Shown: positions 9,731 to 18,599, counted from the first letter of the stretch. The stretch: 59,885 bases of DNA from Clostridia bacterium (GCA_017631635.1 JAGBSX010000028.1:1-59885); one strand, 5' to 3'. A program made the numbers and translations. Notes: generated by a model from the sequence alone, not told the origin.

Positions 9731-9759
9731 ATTATATTATAAAATCTAGTGAAAGTCAA
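9731..9759 (-). promoter_or_regulatory. SigA promoter of the SorE-like gene
   Basis: Minus strand TTGACT (9759-54), 17 bp, TATAAT (9736-31). Confidence 0.7.
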
Positions 9760-9832
9760 TATATAAATTTAATTTAATGCTGATAATTTAATCTTATATC
9801 CTAATCAAAGTGAATTTTGTTTGGGTAAAACA

Positions 9833-9861
9833 TTGATTTAGCCATATATTTGTGATATAAT
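9833..9861 (+). promoter_or_regulatory. SigA promoter of the MtlD-like gene
   Basis: TTGATT, 17 bp, TG-extended TATAAT. Confidence 0.65.
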
Positions 9862-9891
9862 ATCTTCGTAGTAGCAAAAGAAGGTGATTGT

Positions 9892-11082
9892 ATGAAAAAA
9901 GCGCTAATGTATGGAGCAGGTAATATAGGCCGTGGATTTATAGGTCAACTACTAGATATGTCTGATTATGCCATATCTTTTATCGACGTCAATATGGACG
10001 TGATAAATAGACTAAATGCCGACAAGCAATATCCTATATACATCACAGATGGAGACAGTTATCGTGAGTATATAGTGACTAACGTCAGCGGTGTCAATGG
10101 CAGAGACAACGAGGCTATAGCAGAGGCTATCAGCGAGGCAGACTTGATGGCTACGGCTGTGGGCGTGAATATACTCAAATTTATCGCAGAGCCATTTGCA
10201 GGGGGCGTACGCCGTAGGATGCAGAAGGGTATAGATGCTCCTCTCAACGTAATAATATGCGAAAATATGATAGAGGCAGACAAGTATTTCGCAGGATTAG
10301 TCAAGGGATATTTGACAGAGCAAGAGGCTGAGTACTTTGACTCTCATATAGGTCTAGTCGAGCCATCTATCGGTAGAATGGTCCCTGCTACCCCCAAGGA
10401 GATAGCAGACAAAAATCCTCTCGCAGTATGCGTAGAGCCATATTGCGAATTGCCTGTGGACAAAGATGCCTTCAAGGGAGAAATCCCTGCTATCAAGAAT
10501 ATGGTACCATTTGCTCCGTTTAGTTTTTATATCAGGCGCAAGTTGTTTATGCACAATATGAGCCACGCGCTCACGGCGTATTTTGGTGCGCTCCGAGGAT
10601 ATACCTATATTTGGGAGGCTATCCAAGATAGAGATATCAAGAAGTTGGCTAGAGAGGCTTTGAGAGAATCATCTCAGGCTCTCAAGGGGGAGTACGGAGT
10701 GTCTATGCAAGAACTAGAAGACTTCTCGACCAATTTGATAGAGAGATTTGAGAATAAACTGCTAGGAGATACTATCGAGAGAGTGGGCAAAGATACCAAG
10801 AGAAAACTATCTCTCAACGATAGATTTGTAGGAGTGGCGCTACTTTGCCAAAAGCAAGGCACTCTACCCAAGCATATACTCGCAGGACTAGCGGCAGGAC
10901 TCCACTTCGCCAAAGAGGGTGACGAGGCATCTGTCGAGGTGGCTACCTTCGCTCGTGAGTGTGGAGTGGGAGAGGCGCTTGAGAAGTATTGTGGTATATC
11001 CTCCACCTCCACCATAGCCCAAATAGTAGGCGAATATTATGACAAAATAAAGAATAACGTCGCCATATCTGATTTGATATAA
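9892..11082 (+). CDS. Mannitol-1-phosphate 5-dehydrogenase family protein (MtlD-like)
   Basis: YGAGNIGRGFIG, ATAVG, IICEN, RKLF.HN, RF.N..L.D...RVG....RKL..NDR. Confidence 0.85.
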   Translation: MKKALMYGAGNIGRGFIGQLLDMSDYAISFIDVNMDVINRLNADKQYPIYITDGDSYREYIVTNVSGVNGRDNEAIAEAISEADLMATAVGVNILKFIAEPFAGGVRRRMQKGIDAPLNVIICENMIEADKYFAGLVKGYLTEQEAEYFDSHIGLVEPSIGRMVPATPKEIADKNPLAVCVEPYCELPVDKDAFKGEIPAIKNMVPFAPFSFYIRRKLFMHNMSHALTAYFGALRGYTYIWEAIQDRDIKKLAREALRESSQALKGEYGVSMQELEDFSTNLIERFENKLLGDTIERVGKDTKRKLSLNDRFVGVALLCQKQGTLPKHILAGLAAGLHFAKEGDEASVEVATFARECGVGEALEKYCGISSTSTIAQIVGEYYDKIKNNVAISDLI

Positions 11083-11086
11083 AATA

Positions 11087-11115
11087 AGCACGCTGCAAGT
11101 TATCAGCGTGCTTTT
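11087..11115 (+). terminator. Intrinsic terminator after the MtlD-like gene
   Basis: AAGCACGCTG-loop-CAGCGTGCTTTT. Confidence 0.75.
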
Positions 11116-11162
11116 ATAATGTTAGGAAGTGATACGCATTAGATACGATATCTAATTGCATC

Positions 11163-11193
11163 AAAAAACCTGAAATGAGATTTTCAGGTTTTT
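11163..11193 (-). terminator. Intrinsic terminator of the DMT transporter gene
   Basis: AAAAACCTGAAA-loop-TTTCAGGTTTTT. Confidence 0.7.
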
Positions 11194-11206
11194 AATTTTC
11201 ATTTTA

Positions 11207-12176
11207 TTATGCTCCAAATAGGGTGGAGACGGTGTCGGGGGTGAGCATACCTATCACGATTATGGAGATGAGTTCTATAATCAAGCCGACGAAGTTGCGA
11301 AGAGTTAGTTTTTCCTTAAATACTATCCAACCTATCAGCGTGGTGATGAATATAGATATTGCGCTAGAGATAGGGAATAATAGTATAGAGTCTACGGATT
11401 TGCTCATCTCAGTCACTAGGAGATTGATGACAAATAGTGCAAACGCTAGCGCTAGTCCACAGATAAGTAGCACCTTGCTCAAGCCAAATGCGACAGGCTT
11501 GTAATCGTCGCTAGGGGCTATGGCAGGGGTTTTCTTTTTTGCGTAGGTATATAAATAGCAAGCAACCTAGCATAATCAAACAGTTGAATATGAAGGTGAG
11601 GAAAGAGTACATAGCAGAATTAGCACCTGCTCCCAGAGGAGAAAAGAGCGCGAAATATTTCTGCGCTACCATTATCAGACCTTCGCTAAGTAATTTGATA
11701 AATAGTAGTACGTAGGTGCGTAAGGATATGCGTTTGACGTCCGATTTTGTAGAAGGGGTGAGTAGGTATACTCCTAGCATAAAGAGGAATAGTCCTACTA
11801 TTTGAAATGCGCTGACGCCCTCTCCAAACCAAAAATAACTCACGCCACAAGATATCACTAGTCCACCTAGCCCAAACATAGTGGAGACTATGAGTGTGCA
11901 ACCCTTGATAGCCTCTATACCTGCATATAGACCGATACCAAATAGTACGGCGCTCACTAGTGAGGTGAGGATAGTATGCGCGTCTAGTCCGTGAAATCCT
12001 ACTACGGATAGGGTGACGAGTGAAAATAGTCCTGCTATTAGGTAATAGTAAGCGCTATATCTAAAGAAAGTGTCTCCACTCTTGATATCCATAGAGGAAG
12101 ACTTGCTACATACGTTTTGAATAACGCGCATGAGGGCTATAGCAAAAAAGCAAATCGCTATCACCAAAGGACTCAT
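11207..12176 (-). pseudogene. EamA/DMT family transporter split by a one-base frameshift
   Basis: Two hydrophobic ORFs (12176-11511 and 11482-11207) join into one DMT-like protein (FGEGVS...GL and FKEKLT...GL halves) if one A is removed from the run at 11535-11540. Confidence 0.7.
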
Positions 12177-12382
12177 AATTTTATCTCCCAAACAGGCTAA
12201 TTTTATCGTGCCTCGTTGCGACAATATTAGCACCTTGTATCCATTATATCAAGTATTAAAATAGAATTCTATTTTATTTTTTCAAGAGTGAAACTGAAGG
12301 AGGAGTTTTTAGGGGAGGTGGTTATTTATTTTTAGGTCTAAAAGGGTATTTTGTGGTAATAATCAGAAAAGTAGGAGAAATT

Positions 12383-13819
12383 ATGGATAGAAAAACTAGA
12401 GTAGAAATACTCTCTCAACTGCTAGGCAAATGCTTTGATATAGAGGTGAGAGATATAGAGGGAGAAAAAGGTACGATTACTCTCGTGTACGCAGACGTAA
12501 TAGTAGACAAAGATATACTCGCTAGAGACCTCGTCACACCTCTACAAGATATGTTGGACACTACCTCTCCTACCTTGGAGAAAGTAGTGGAGAGCATTCT
12601 CACGCCTGCGCGTATCACAGAGGCTCACGACCTCAAGGAGGCGTCTGTCAAGGTGGCAGACGGTAGTATCGCTATCATTACGGATAGTGGAGTATTGCTA
12701 ACAGTCCTCAAAAAAGTCGCTCATAGACCTGTGGGAGAGCCTCCTACTGGCACTTCGGTCAAAGGACCTAGAGAGGGATTTACCGAAGAATTAAGGGCAA
12801 ACGTGTCGTTACTGCGTAGAAAACTCAAGACCCCTATGCTCACACTAGAAAAACACGTGGTAGGCAAATATACTCGCACCGACGTAGTCATATGTTATCT
12901 ACGAGGTATAGCAGACGAAGAGATAATCGGCAAAGTCAGAGACAAGGTGGTAGGCATAGATATAGACGGGGTATTGGACGCATCTTATATATCGCATTAT
13001 CTAGAGGAAGAGCCAAATTCTATCTTTCGCCATACGGGTACTACCGAAAAGCCGGATATATTAGCAGGAAAATTGCTAGAAGGCAGAGTGGCTATACTAG
13101 TGGACGGCTCGCCTATAGCGCTCACGCTACCATTTTTGTTTATCGAAGATATGCAAGACGGCGACGACTATTACAAAAAGGATTATAGGATAACCTTTGA
13201 GAGAATAATTAGATTGATGGGAGCGACGATGGCTGTCATCATACCTGCTATATACGTAGCGTTGCAAGAATTTCAGTATCAATTCGTACCACTCAAATTT
13301 CTCATCACTCTGCTCAATGCCACTAGTGGTATACCTCTCACGCCAACTTTAGAAATGTTGACGGTACTGTTGCTATTTGAGGTGCTCAACGAGACTAGTG
13401 TGCGTATGCCCAAATACGTGGGTATGGCTATATCCGTAGTAGGTGCTATCGTGCTAGGAGATACAGCCGTCAATGCAGGACTACTGGGTAGTCCGGCAGT
13501 ACTAGTGACGGCGATATCTGGTATAGGATTGTATTGCGTGCCTGATGATGCAGGTACTTTTTCGCTATTGCGTCTAGTATACGTGTGCATAGCAGGTGTG
13601 ACGGGGATATTTGGACTGGTGCTAGGAGTGATGGTACTACTAGCGTATCTGGCTAAATCAAATTCGTATGGAGCACCGTATCTCGCGCCTTATGCTCCTA
13701 TAGTGAGAGAAGACCTCAAAGATGGAGTATTTTTCGCAGGACTAGACAAGATGAAATTTAGGCCCAAGTCCTTTCCTCATCACAATAGAGTGCGTATAGG
13801 TGAAGAAAATGATGAATAA
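12383..13819 (+). CDS. Spore germination receptor A subunit (GerKA-like)
   Basis: GPREGFTE, TEKPD...LLEGRVAILVDGSP.AL..P, R.P......S.VGAIVLG..AV.AG, YGAPYLAPYAP. Confidence 0.95.
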   Translation: MDRKTRVEILSQLLGKCFDIEVRDIEGEKGTITLVYADVIVDKDILARDLVTPLQDMLDTTSPTLEKVVESILTPARITEAHDLKEASVKVADGSIAIITDSGVLLTVLKKVAHRPVGEPPTGTSVKGPREGFTEELRANVSLLRRKLKTPMLTLEKHVVGKYTRTDVVICYLRGIADEEIIGKVRDKVVGIDIDGVLDASYISHYLEEEPNSIFRHTGTTEKPDILAGKLLEGRVAILVDGSPIALTLPFLFIEDMQDGDDYYKKDYRITFERIIRLMGATMAVIIPAIYVALQEFQYQFVPLKFLITLLNATSGIPLTPTLEMLTVLLLFEVLNETSVRMPKYVGMAISVVGAIVLGDTAVNAGLLGSPAVLVTAISGIGLYCVPDDAGTFSLLRLVYVCIAGVTGIFGLVLGVMVLLAYLAKSNSYGAPYLAPYAPIVREDLKDGVFFAGLDKMKFRPKSFPHHNRVRIGEENDE

Positions 13820-14864
13820 GCGTCAAATAGCATTACTATTACTCGTAATTATGCCTGTATACAAGGTGTCTACCTTGCCTAGTTATCTAGCGTCCGTAGC
13901 CGAAAACGATATGTGGTTGAGTATGCTCGTGGTACAGGGACTAGAGATATTCACCCTCATACCTATACTCCTAGTGGCTACGAGAGGTGGTCTCAAGAAT
14001 ATATTGCCCAAGTTTGTATACGTAGTGATAGCGTGTATCTGCGTGCTGTGGTGGACTCTACGCCTAGGTATGCTAAATACAGACGTGGTGCATTACGTAT
14101 CCAAGATACTATTTGAACACGACAAGAGACTACTCATCATATCTCTACTGATGCTAGGTAGTCTATACGTCGCGAGCCGTGGTGTGAGGAGTATAGGTCG
14201 TGTGGCTGAATTGACGATATATCCCTTTGCTTTGTTGGTGGTAGTATTCGTGATATTCAACAAAGGACAACCTGATTTTAGCGAGATATTGCCTATATGC
14301 GATAGAGGTGTGTCATCATTGACGGCAGGATTAAATCTAGGGGTGTGGTTTGGAGACTTTTTGCCACTTATGTTTTTGGACTTGAGAGGGGACGAATCAT
14401 CTTCGGCTAAGATATATATCTCTGTAATCGTGGCGACTGTACTAGAGGTGCTACTATGTATAGTATTCATAGCCACATACAAGTCGGTGGCATCTAGCAC
14501 GGATAGCGTATTGAGTAGGTTAATGAACCAAGTGATACTATCTAGCGAGGTAGGTAGGTTGGATTACGTAGGTATCATAGTGTGGATAATGGCTACTATA
14601 CTGTACGTATCGTATATATTGGCATTTGTCAAAAAGGCTGTTCAAGATTTCTCTAATTACAAGGTGGCTATGATAGTCATCTCTGCTATAAGCGTGGCTA
14701 TTGTCATCATCAACGAATACGTGTGGACTGCCGTGCACCAAGCATACGCTACTGCATTGTCTCTATGGTGGGTGGCTATAGTTATGCATTATATATTGCC
14801 TATATGTATGATGATAGTGGCATTGAGGAGGAAAAATGAATATACTCTCAAAACTCAAGTCTAA
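13809..14864 (+). CDS. Spore germination receptor B subunit (GerAB/ArcD family)
   Basis: Multi-TM protein; DMWLS, G...IGR..E, RLD motifs; lies between A and C subunits. Confidence 0.85.
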   Translation: MMNKRQIALLLLVIMPVYKVSTLPSYLASVAENDMWLSMLVVQGLEIFTLIPILLVATRGGLKNILPKFVYVVIACICVLWWTLRLGMLNTDVVHYVSKILFEHDKRLLIISLLMLGSLYVASRGVRSIGRVAELTIYPFALLVVVFVIFNKGQPDFSEILPICDRGVSSLTAGLNLGVWFGDFLPLMFLDLRGDESSSAKIYISVIVATVLEVLLCIVFIATYKSVASSTDSVLSRLMNQVILSSEVGRLDYVGIIVWIMATILYVSYILAFVKKAVQDFSNYKVAMIVISAISVAIVIINEYVWTAVHQAYATALSLWWVAIVMHYILPICMMIVALRRKNEYTLKTQV

Positions 14865-15954
14865 CAAACCTCTGATTATATTTTTGATAATAATTATCCT
14901 CACGGCGATAGGTAGTGGCACTTCCAAATACCCTCTGCCATCTAGGGCTGTGGTGGTGGGTATGGCTATAGATTTCGAAGAGGGGCAAGTGGTGGCGTCT
15001 GCTCAAATAATAACATCTGTCTCCACAGGTGGAGACAACCCTACCAACGATTCGTTCGTCGTGATAGTAGGTAGAGGAGATAGCATGGGCAAGGCTCTAG
15101 CAGATATCAACAACAATACTGGCACGTATCTATCTATGGGACATCTCGTAGCAGTATTCGTAGGAGAAGAGATGATGCGAGACGTCAAACGCACCTACGA
15201 GAGTGTAGAACATCTAGTACGCAACTACAAAGTCCCCGAAAATGCACTAGTCGTAGTATCTCAGGGTAAAGCAGGGGATATGATACGCAAGCAAACGGTA
15301 TCTACTCAACTAGCAGCCTTCGCCGTCAAGCAAATGAGTAGTGAGGTAGAGAAGGTGGCTAGAGGAGTGACTACTACCGTGCTAAATTATCGTATCGCCA
15401 ACAACCTGCCTGTCAATACGTTGGCGCTACCATACGTGCAGATAGTAGGGAAGTTCGAAGACCCTGTAGACGGCAAGACAGGTGGAGTCATACTAGATAT
15501 GCAGAGTACCTATATGGTGGGGGATAGCCCACTCATCATAGACAAGCAAGATACGGAGGTGTACAATCTAGTAGTGAAGAATTTCTCCAGAGGACGTATG
15601 ACGCTAGGTGAGACGGAGTATGAGTACGAAGAGAAGAAGACGGATATAGAGGTGTCTATGGAGGAGGGGCTGTATGCCAAGATTACGGTGGATATAGAGG
15701 CTCTAGCAGATAGGTATTACGCAGGATACGACAAACCCGAGGAAGAGAGTTATCTAGAGGAGGCTACCACTATGGTAGAGCAGAAGATATACCAATTGTA
15801 CAAGAGAACGTCGGCAGTAGATATAGATGCGTATAGACTATACTCCAAATTTTTTCAAAAGTACGGTAGGAGTCGACTGGAGGAGTACTCTATAGACAAA
15901 ATCTTCGCCACCTGCACCGTAGAGGTTGAGGTTAAGATGAAAATAGTAGGATAG
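14836..15954 (+). CDS. Spore germination receptor C subunit (Ger(x)C)
   Basis: N-terminal hydrophobic anchor, RAVVVGMAID, H...V.VGE; third gene of the operon. Confidence 0.8.
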   Translation: MNILSKLKSNKPLIIFLIIIILTAIGSGTSKYPLPSRAVVVGMAIDFEEGQVVASAQIITSVSTGGDNPTNDSFVVIVGRGDSMGKALADINNNTGTYLSMGHLVAVFVGEEMMRDVKRTYESVEHLVRNYKVPENALVVVSQGKAGDMIRKQTVSTQLAAFAVKQMSSEVEKVARGVTTTVLNYRIANNLPVNTLALPYVQIVGKFEDPVDGKTGGVILDMQSTYMVGDSPLIIDKQDTEVYNLVVKNFSRGRMTLGETEYEYEEKKTDIEVSMEEGLYAKITVDIEALADRYYAGYDKPEEESYLEEATTMVEQKIYQLYKRTSAVDIDAYRLYSKFFQKYGRSRLEEYSIDKIFATCTVEVEVKMKIVG

Positions 15955-16167
15955 GGCGAACACTGCGCTATATAGAGGTCGGCTCGCTCACTTGCCGACC
16001 AAGTTTACGCTTGTTTTTCGCCCCCCCACTTCACACAAAAAGCCGTATTCACTTATTTTGTGTGAGGTTAAGGACTAGAGAGAAACGGTTTGTTCTAATC
16101 ATAATACGTCGTATCACGAGAAACACTCCTCATAATGACAGAGAAAAGGCGTTTTTTGTCAAATTAG

Positions 16168-16196
16168 TTGACTACTTTATTAAATTTGCATATAAT
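16168..16196 (+). promoter_or_regulatory. Near-consensus SigA promoter driving a short non-coding transcript
   Basis: TTGACT, 17 bp, TATAAT. Confidence 0.7.
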
Positions 16197-16200
16197 ATCA

Positions 16201-16283
16201 TTGTGAGCGTCGGGTACTTCCGACCTTGGATATCTATAACCAACTCACAAGAGAGAGCAATTTTTTGTTCTCTCTATTTTTTT
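16201..16283 (+). ncRNA. Candidate small structured RNA (three-way junction plus terminator)
   Basis: Promoter upstream; TTGTGAG/CTCACAA closing stem, GTCGG/CCGAC and TTGG/CCAA hairpins; 11-bp terminator stem with T7 tail. Confidence 0.45.
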
Positions 16284-16422
16284 GGGACACAGGAGTTTGG
16301 TGAAAAAACTTTTTTGATTAGCACGACTTTTGCGGGACAAAAATGGGATATAAAGAGTTGATTTTCTTTCATTAACTATAGTATAATTTGCAAAACGATG
16401 TATTTGAAACAAGGGATAAATT

Positions 16423-16530
16423 ATGGGAGTATTGGACCAAACTAAAATAGACGTGCAGAAGTTGGCTAGTGGAGTTAATCCTCTAACAGATGAGAGATTT
16501 TGCGATTCAATTATGAAAGGGGGGGGGTAA
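16423..16530 (+). pseudogene. 35-codon ORF, probable truncated gene remnant ending in a G9 tract
   Basis: MGVLDQTKIDVQKLASGVNPLTDERFCDSIMKGGG*; upstream TTGATT-18-TATAAT and AAGGGA SD-like sequence. Confidence 0.35.
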
Positions 16531-16533
16531 AAT

Positions 16534-16968
16534 ATGGAAGAAAAGATTTTAGAATTTGTAGAAGATTTACAAGCGGATAGTTATAAAGAAGGTATAAGTT
16601 GGAAAGGTTTTAAAGTATATATACCTGAATACAAAAACAATCCTGTAATAGGCTTACCATACGTTATATTAGTAAAAGGCGAAGAGGTAAGACTGTCTAC
16701 TACCGGGGAAAGCCTAGACTATTTAGATTATTGTTTAAGCCAAGATAAAAAAACAAAAATGAAAGAATTGGTCTTGTTGGCCAAAACAAAAGAAGGATAT
16801 ACTAAAGATACAGTAATGAATATTATATGTATATGTTGTTCAGAACAAATGTATAAAAGTGGTTATACATCTGTTCAAGCGTTAGAACAAGCCATAAATT
16901 TTATTAAAGAAGGGTATTCAACAAAGGAACTTTATTCAGAATTACTAAAAATGACAGGAGATAACTAA
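16534..16968 (+). CDS. Hypothetical protein, AT-rich, possibly chimeric
   Basis: 144-aa ORF; contains copy 1 of the 81-bp repeat. Confidence 0.55.
   Translation: MEEKILEFVEDLQADSYKEGISWKGFKVYIPEYKNNPVIGLPYVILVKGEEVRLSTTGESLDYLDYCLSQDKKTKMKELVLLAKTKEGYTKDTVMNIICICCSEQMYKSGYTSVQALEQAINFIKEGYSTKELYSELLKMTGDN
16678..16758 (+). repeat. 81-bp direct repeat, copy 1
   Basis: Matches 17169-17249 with 4 mismatches. Confidence 0.95.
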
Positions 16969-17012
16969 AACACTTACTTAAAAATGTAGGTGTTTTTTTA
17001 TTTGGAGAGATT

Positions 17013-17273
17013 ATGAAGATTACGGATAAAGATAGACAAAAAATAATAGCGCTTTTCGGTAGCCAAATGTCCGTATCTGACATTACTCGTGAGATAAACA
17101 AGGGCAGAGACAAAGAGTTGCAAGTAAGTAGGCAAGCAGTATCAAAGATACTGAACCAATTTATAAGTGGCGAAGAGGTAAGACTGTCTACTGCCGGCGA
17201 GAGCCTAGACTATTTAGATTATAGTTTAAGCCAAGATAAAAAAACAAAACAGAGACACGAAAATATAAAATAG
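17013..17273 (+). CDS. Small HTH-like protein whose C-terminus is repeat copy 2
   Basis: ITDKDRQKII...SVSDITRE...VSRQAVSKIL resembles an HTH; GGAGA SD. Confidence 0.5.
   Translation: MKITDKDRQKIIALFGSQMSVSDITREINKGRDKELQVSRQAVSKILNQFISGEEVRLSTAGESLDYLDYSLSQDKKTKQRHENIK
17169..17249 (+). repeat. 81-bp direct repeat, copy 2
   Basis: Matches 16678-16758, offset 491 bp. Confidence 0.95.
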
Positions 17274-17302
17274 AAAAGTCGAGACGGTGGTCTCGACTTT
17301 TT
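17274..17302. terminator. Bidirectional intrinsic terminator
   Basis: AAAAGTCGAGAC-ggtg-GTCTCGACTTTT. Confidence 0.85.
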
Positions 17303-17303
17303 A

Positions 17304-18500
17304 TTATTCAAAGTAGCCTACGTATTCTAGTTTGAGTGGGCTTAGGGGGAAGAGGTATCGGTGTAGGTCTATGAAATAATCGTCAGTCATAGATGCTATG
17401 TAGTCCACTACTATTTGATTTGGCTCTGTCTCCATATATGGCATAGCACGTCTATAATACGGCTTGTCGATATATGAGATATGATGAGTGTATATCTTGG
17501 ATGAAGTCCTGCTACACTTGAGGTCGGAGAGAAGCCTCTCGTATATATCTCTCATCATTTGTCTAATTATTTCGTTGGTACGTAGGTGAGCGTCGTTTTT
17601 GTAGATGATAGAGTAGTTGTCTCGTTTGGCTTTGTTGAGAGCGTCAAAACACTGCTTGTCCATCTTGATATACGGCTTGTCATAACTGTTTTGTATGATA
17701 TTCACCATTAGATTGTTGACCATCTCTGCGTTGATCACCCCTATACCCTCGTCTGCAAATGGCAAATCGGCGTATAGTTTGCTCTTTTCTGCGTCGTGCC
17801 TATCTTTGCCTAGATATGCGATTATATCCGATATACGCATCACGCACCCCTCTAGGGTGGAGGGGATTAGTTTGAGCACGTTTTGGCTATCTAGGTAGCA
17901 ATCCTCGATGCTAAGGTCAAATTCGTCAAATGAGGATAAAGGCTTGGGCTTGTACTCGTCTAGTTCGAGTTCGCCATTGTGAGAGGCGATACCGTCTAGA
18001 GTCTGCAGAGTGAGATTGAGTGGAAATATCTGGTCTAGTACCCTGACGGAGTGGATATTGTGATTGAATCTCCTGCCCGTATGCTCTCTATACAGTTCGT
18101 CTAGATAACTCTCTCCAGCGTGTCCAAATGGAGTGTGTCCTATATCGTGACCTAGCGAGATAGCCTCTATCAAGTCTAGATTTAGATTGAGCGCTTTGCC
18201 CAAGGTACGCGCTATTCGTGAGACCAACTGTACGTGCAAGGCGCGTCTAGTGATATCGTCGTTTTTGTATAGGGAGAAGACCTGTGTCTTGTCTGCGTAG
18301 CGATTGTAATATGGACAATGCAATATCTTGTCTATATCTCTGATATAGGAGGTACGCCAAATGCTCATATCGTCGTGAGGATTGTCTCTCCTCCTCACAG
18401 CCTCCTTGTCATCACAAAAGTATCTAGGCAAAGTCTGGTTGTCTAGATTTGAGCGCATCAAGTTCTCTAATTCTACAGAAAGTGTCTTGTAATTAGCCAT
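17304..18500 (-). CDS. HD-domain dGTP triphosphohydrolase-like protein
   Basis: RD.DKI.H, KTQVF, R.LH, LGHDIGHTPFGHAGE, SD.IAY, DYIASMTD. Confidence 0.9.
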   Translation of the reverse strand: MANYKTLSVELENLMRSNLDNQTLPRYFCDDKEAVRRRDNPHDDMSIWRTSYIRDIDKILHCPYYNRYADKTQVFSLYKNDDITRRALHVQLVSRIARTLGKALNLNLDLIEAISLGHDIGHTPFGHAGESYLDELYREHTGRRFNHNIHSVRVLDQIFPLNLTLQTLDGIASHNGELELDEYKPKPLSSFDEFDLSIEDCYLDSQNVLKLIPSTLEGCVMRISDIIAYLGKDRHDAEKSKLYADLPFADEGIGVINAEMVNNLMVNIIQNSYDKPYIKMDKQCFDALNKAKRDNYSIIYKNDAHLRTNEIIRQMMRDIYERLLSDLKCSRTSSKIYTHHISYIDKPYYRRAMPYMETEPNQIVVDYIASMTDDYFIDLHRYLFPLSPLKLEYVGYFE

Positions 18501-18555
18501 ATCTATATTATACAATATCTCCCTACCAAAAATCAACACTTATAAATACTGTGAT

Positions 18556-18584
18556 AAAAAAACGGACTGCAATAGCAGTCCGTA
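18556..18584 (-). terminator. Terminator of rpsF-ssb-rpsR
   Basis: Minus strand ACGGACTGC-tatt-GCAGTCCGTTTTTT. Confidence 0.8.
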
Positions 18585-18599
18585 ATTCGTGTCTTGTGA

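Noticed and set aside
16011-16361. 116-aa ORF in the ORF track
   Set aside because: TTG start without SD; it runs across a promoter, a structured RNA and a terminator; no protein-like motifs
16678-17249. 81-bp repeat pair as a DGR template/variable repeat
   Set aside because: Mismatches are A>G, G>C, A>G and T>A, so they are not confined to adenines of one copy, and no reverse transcriptase is present in the window
17304-18500. HD protein as an anti-phage dGTPase
   Set aside because: Host-like codon usage and position beside rpsF-ssb-rpsR suggest a resident housekeeping enzyme
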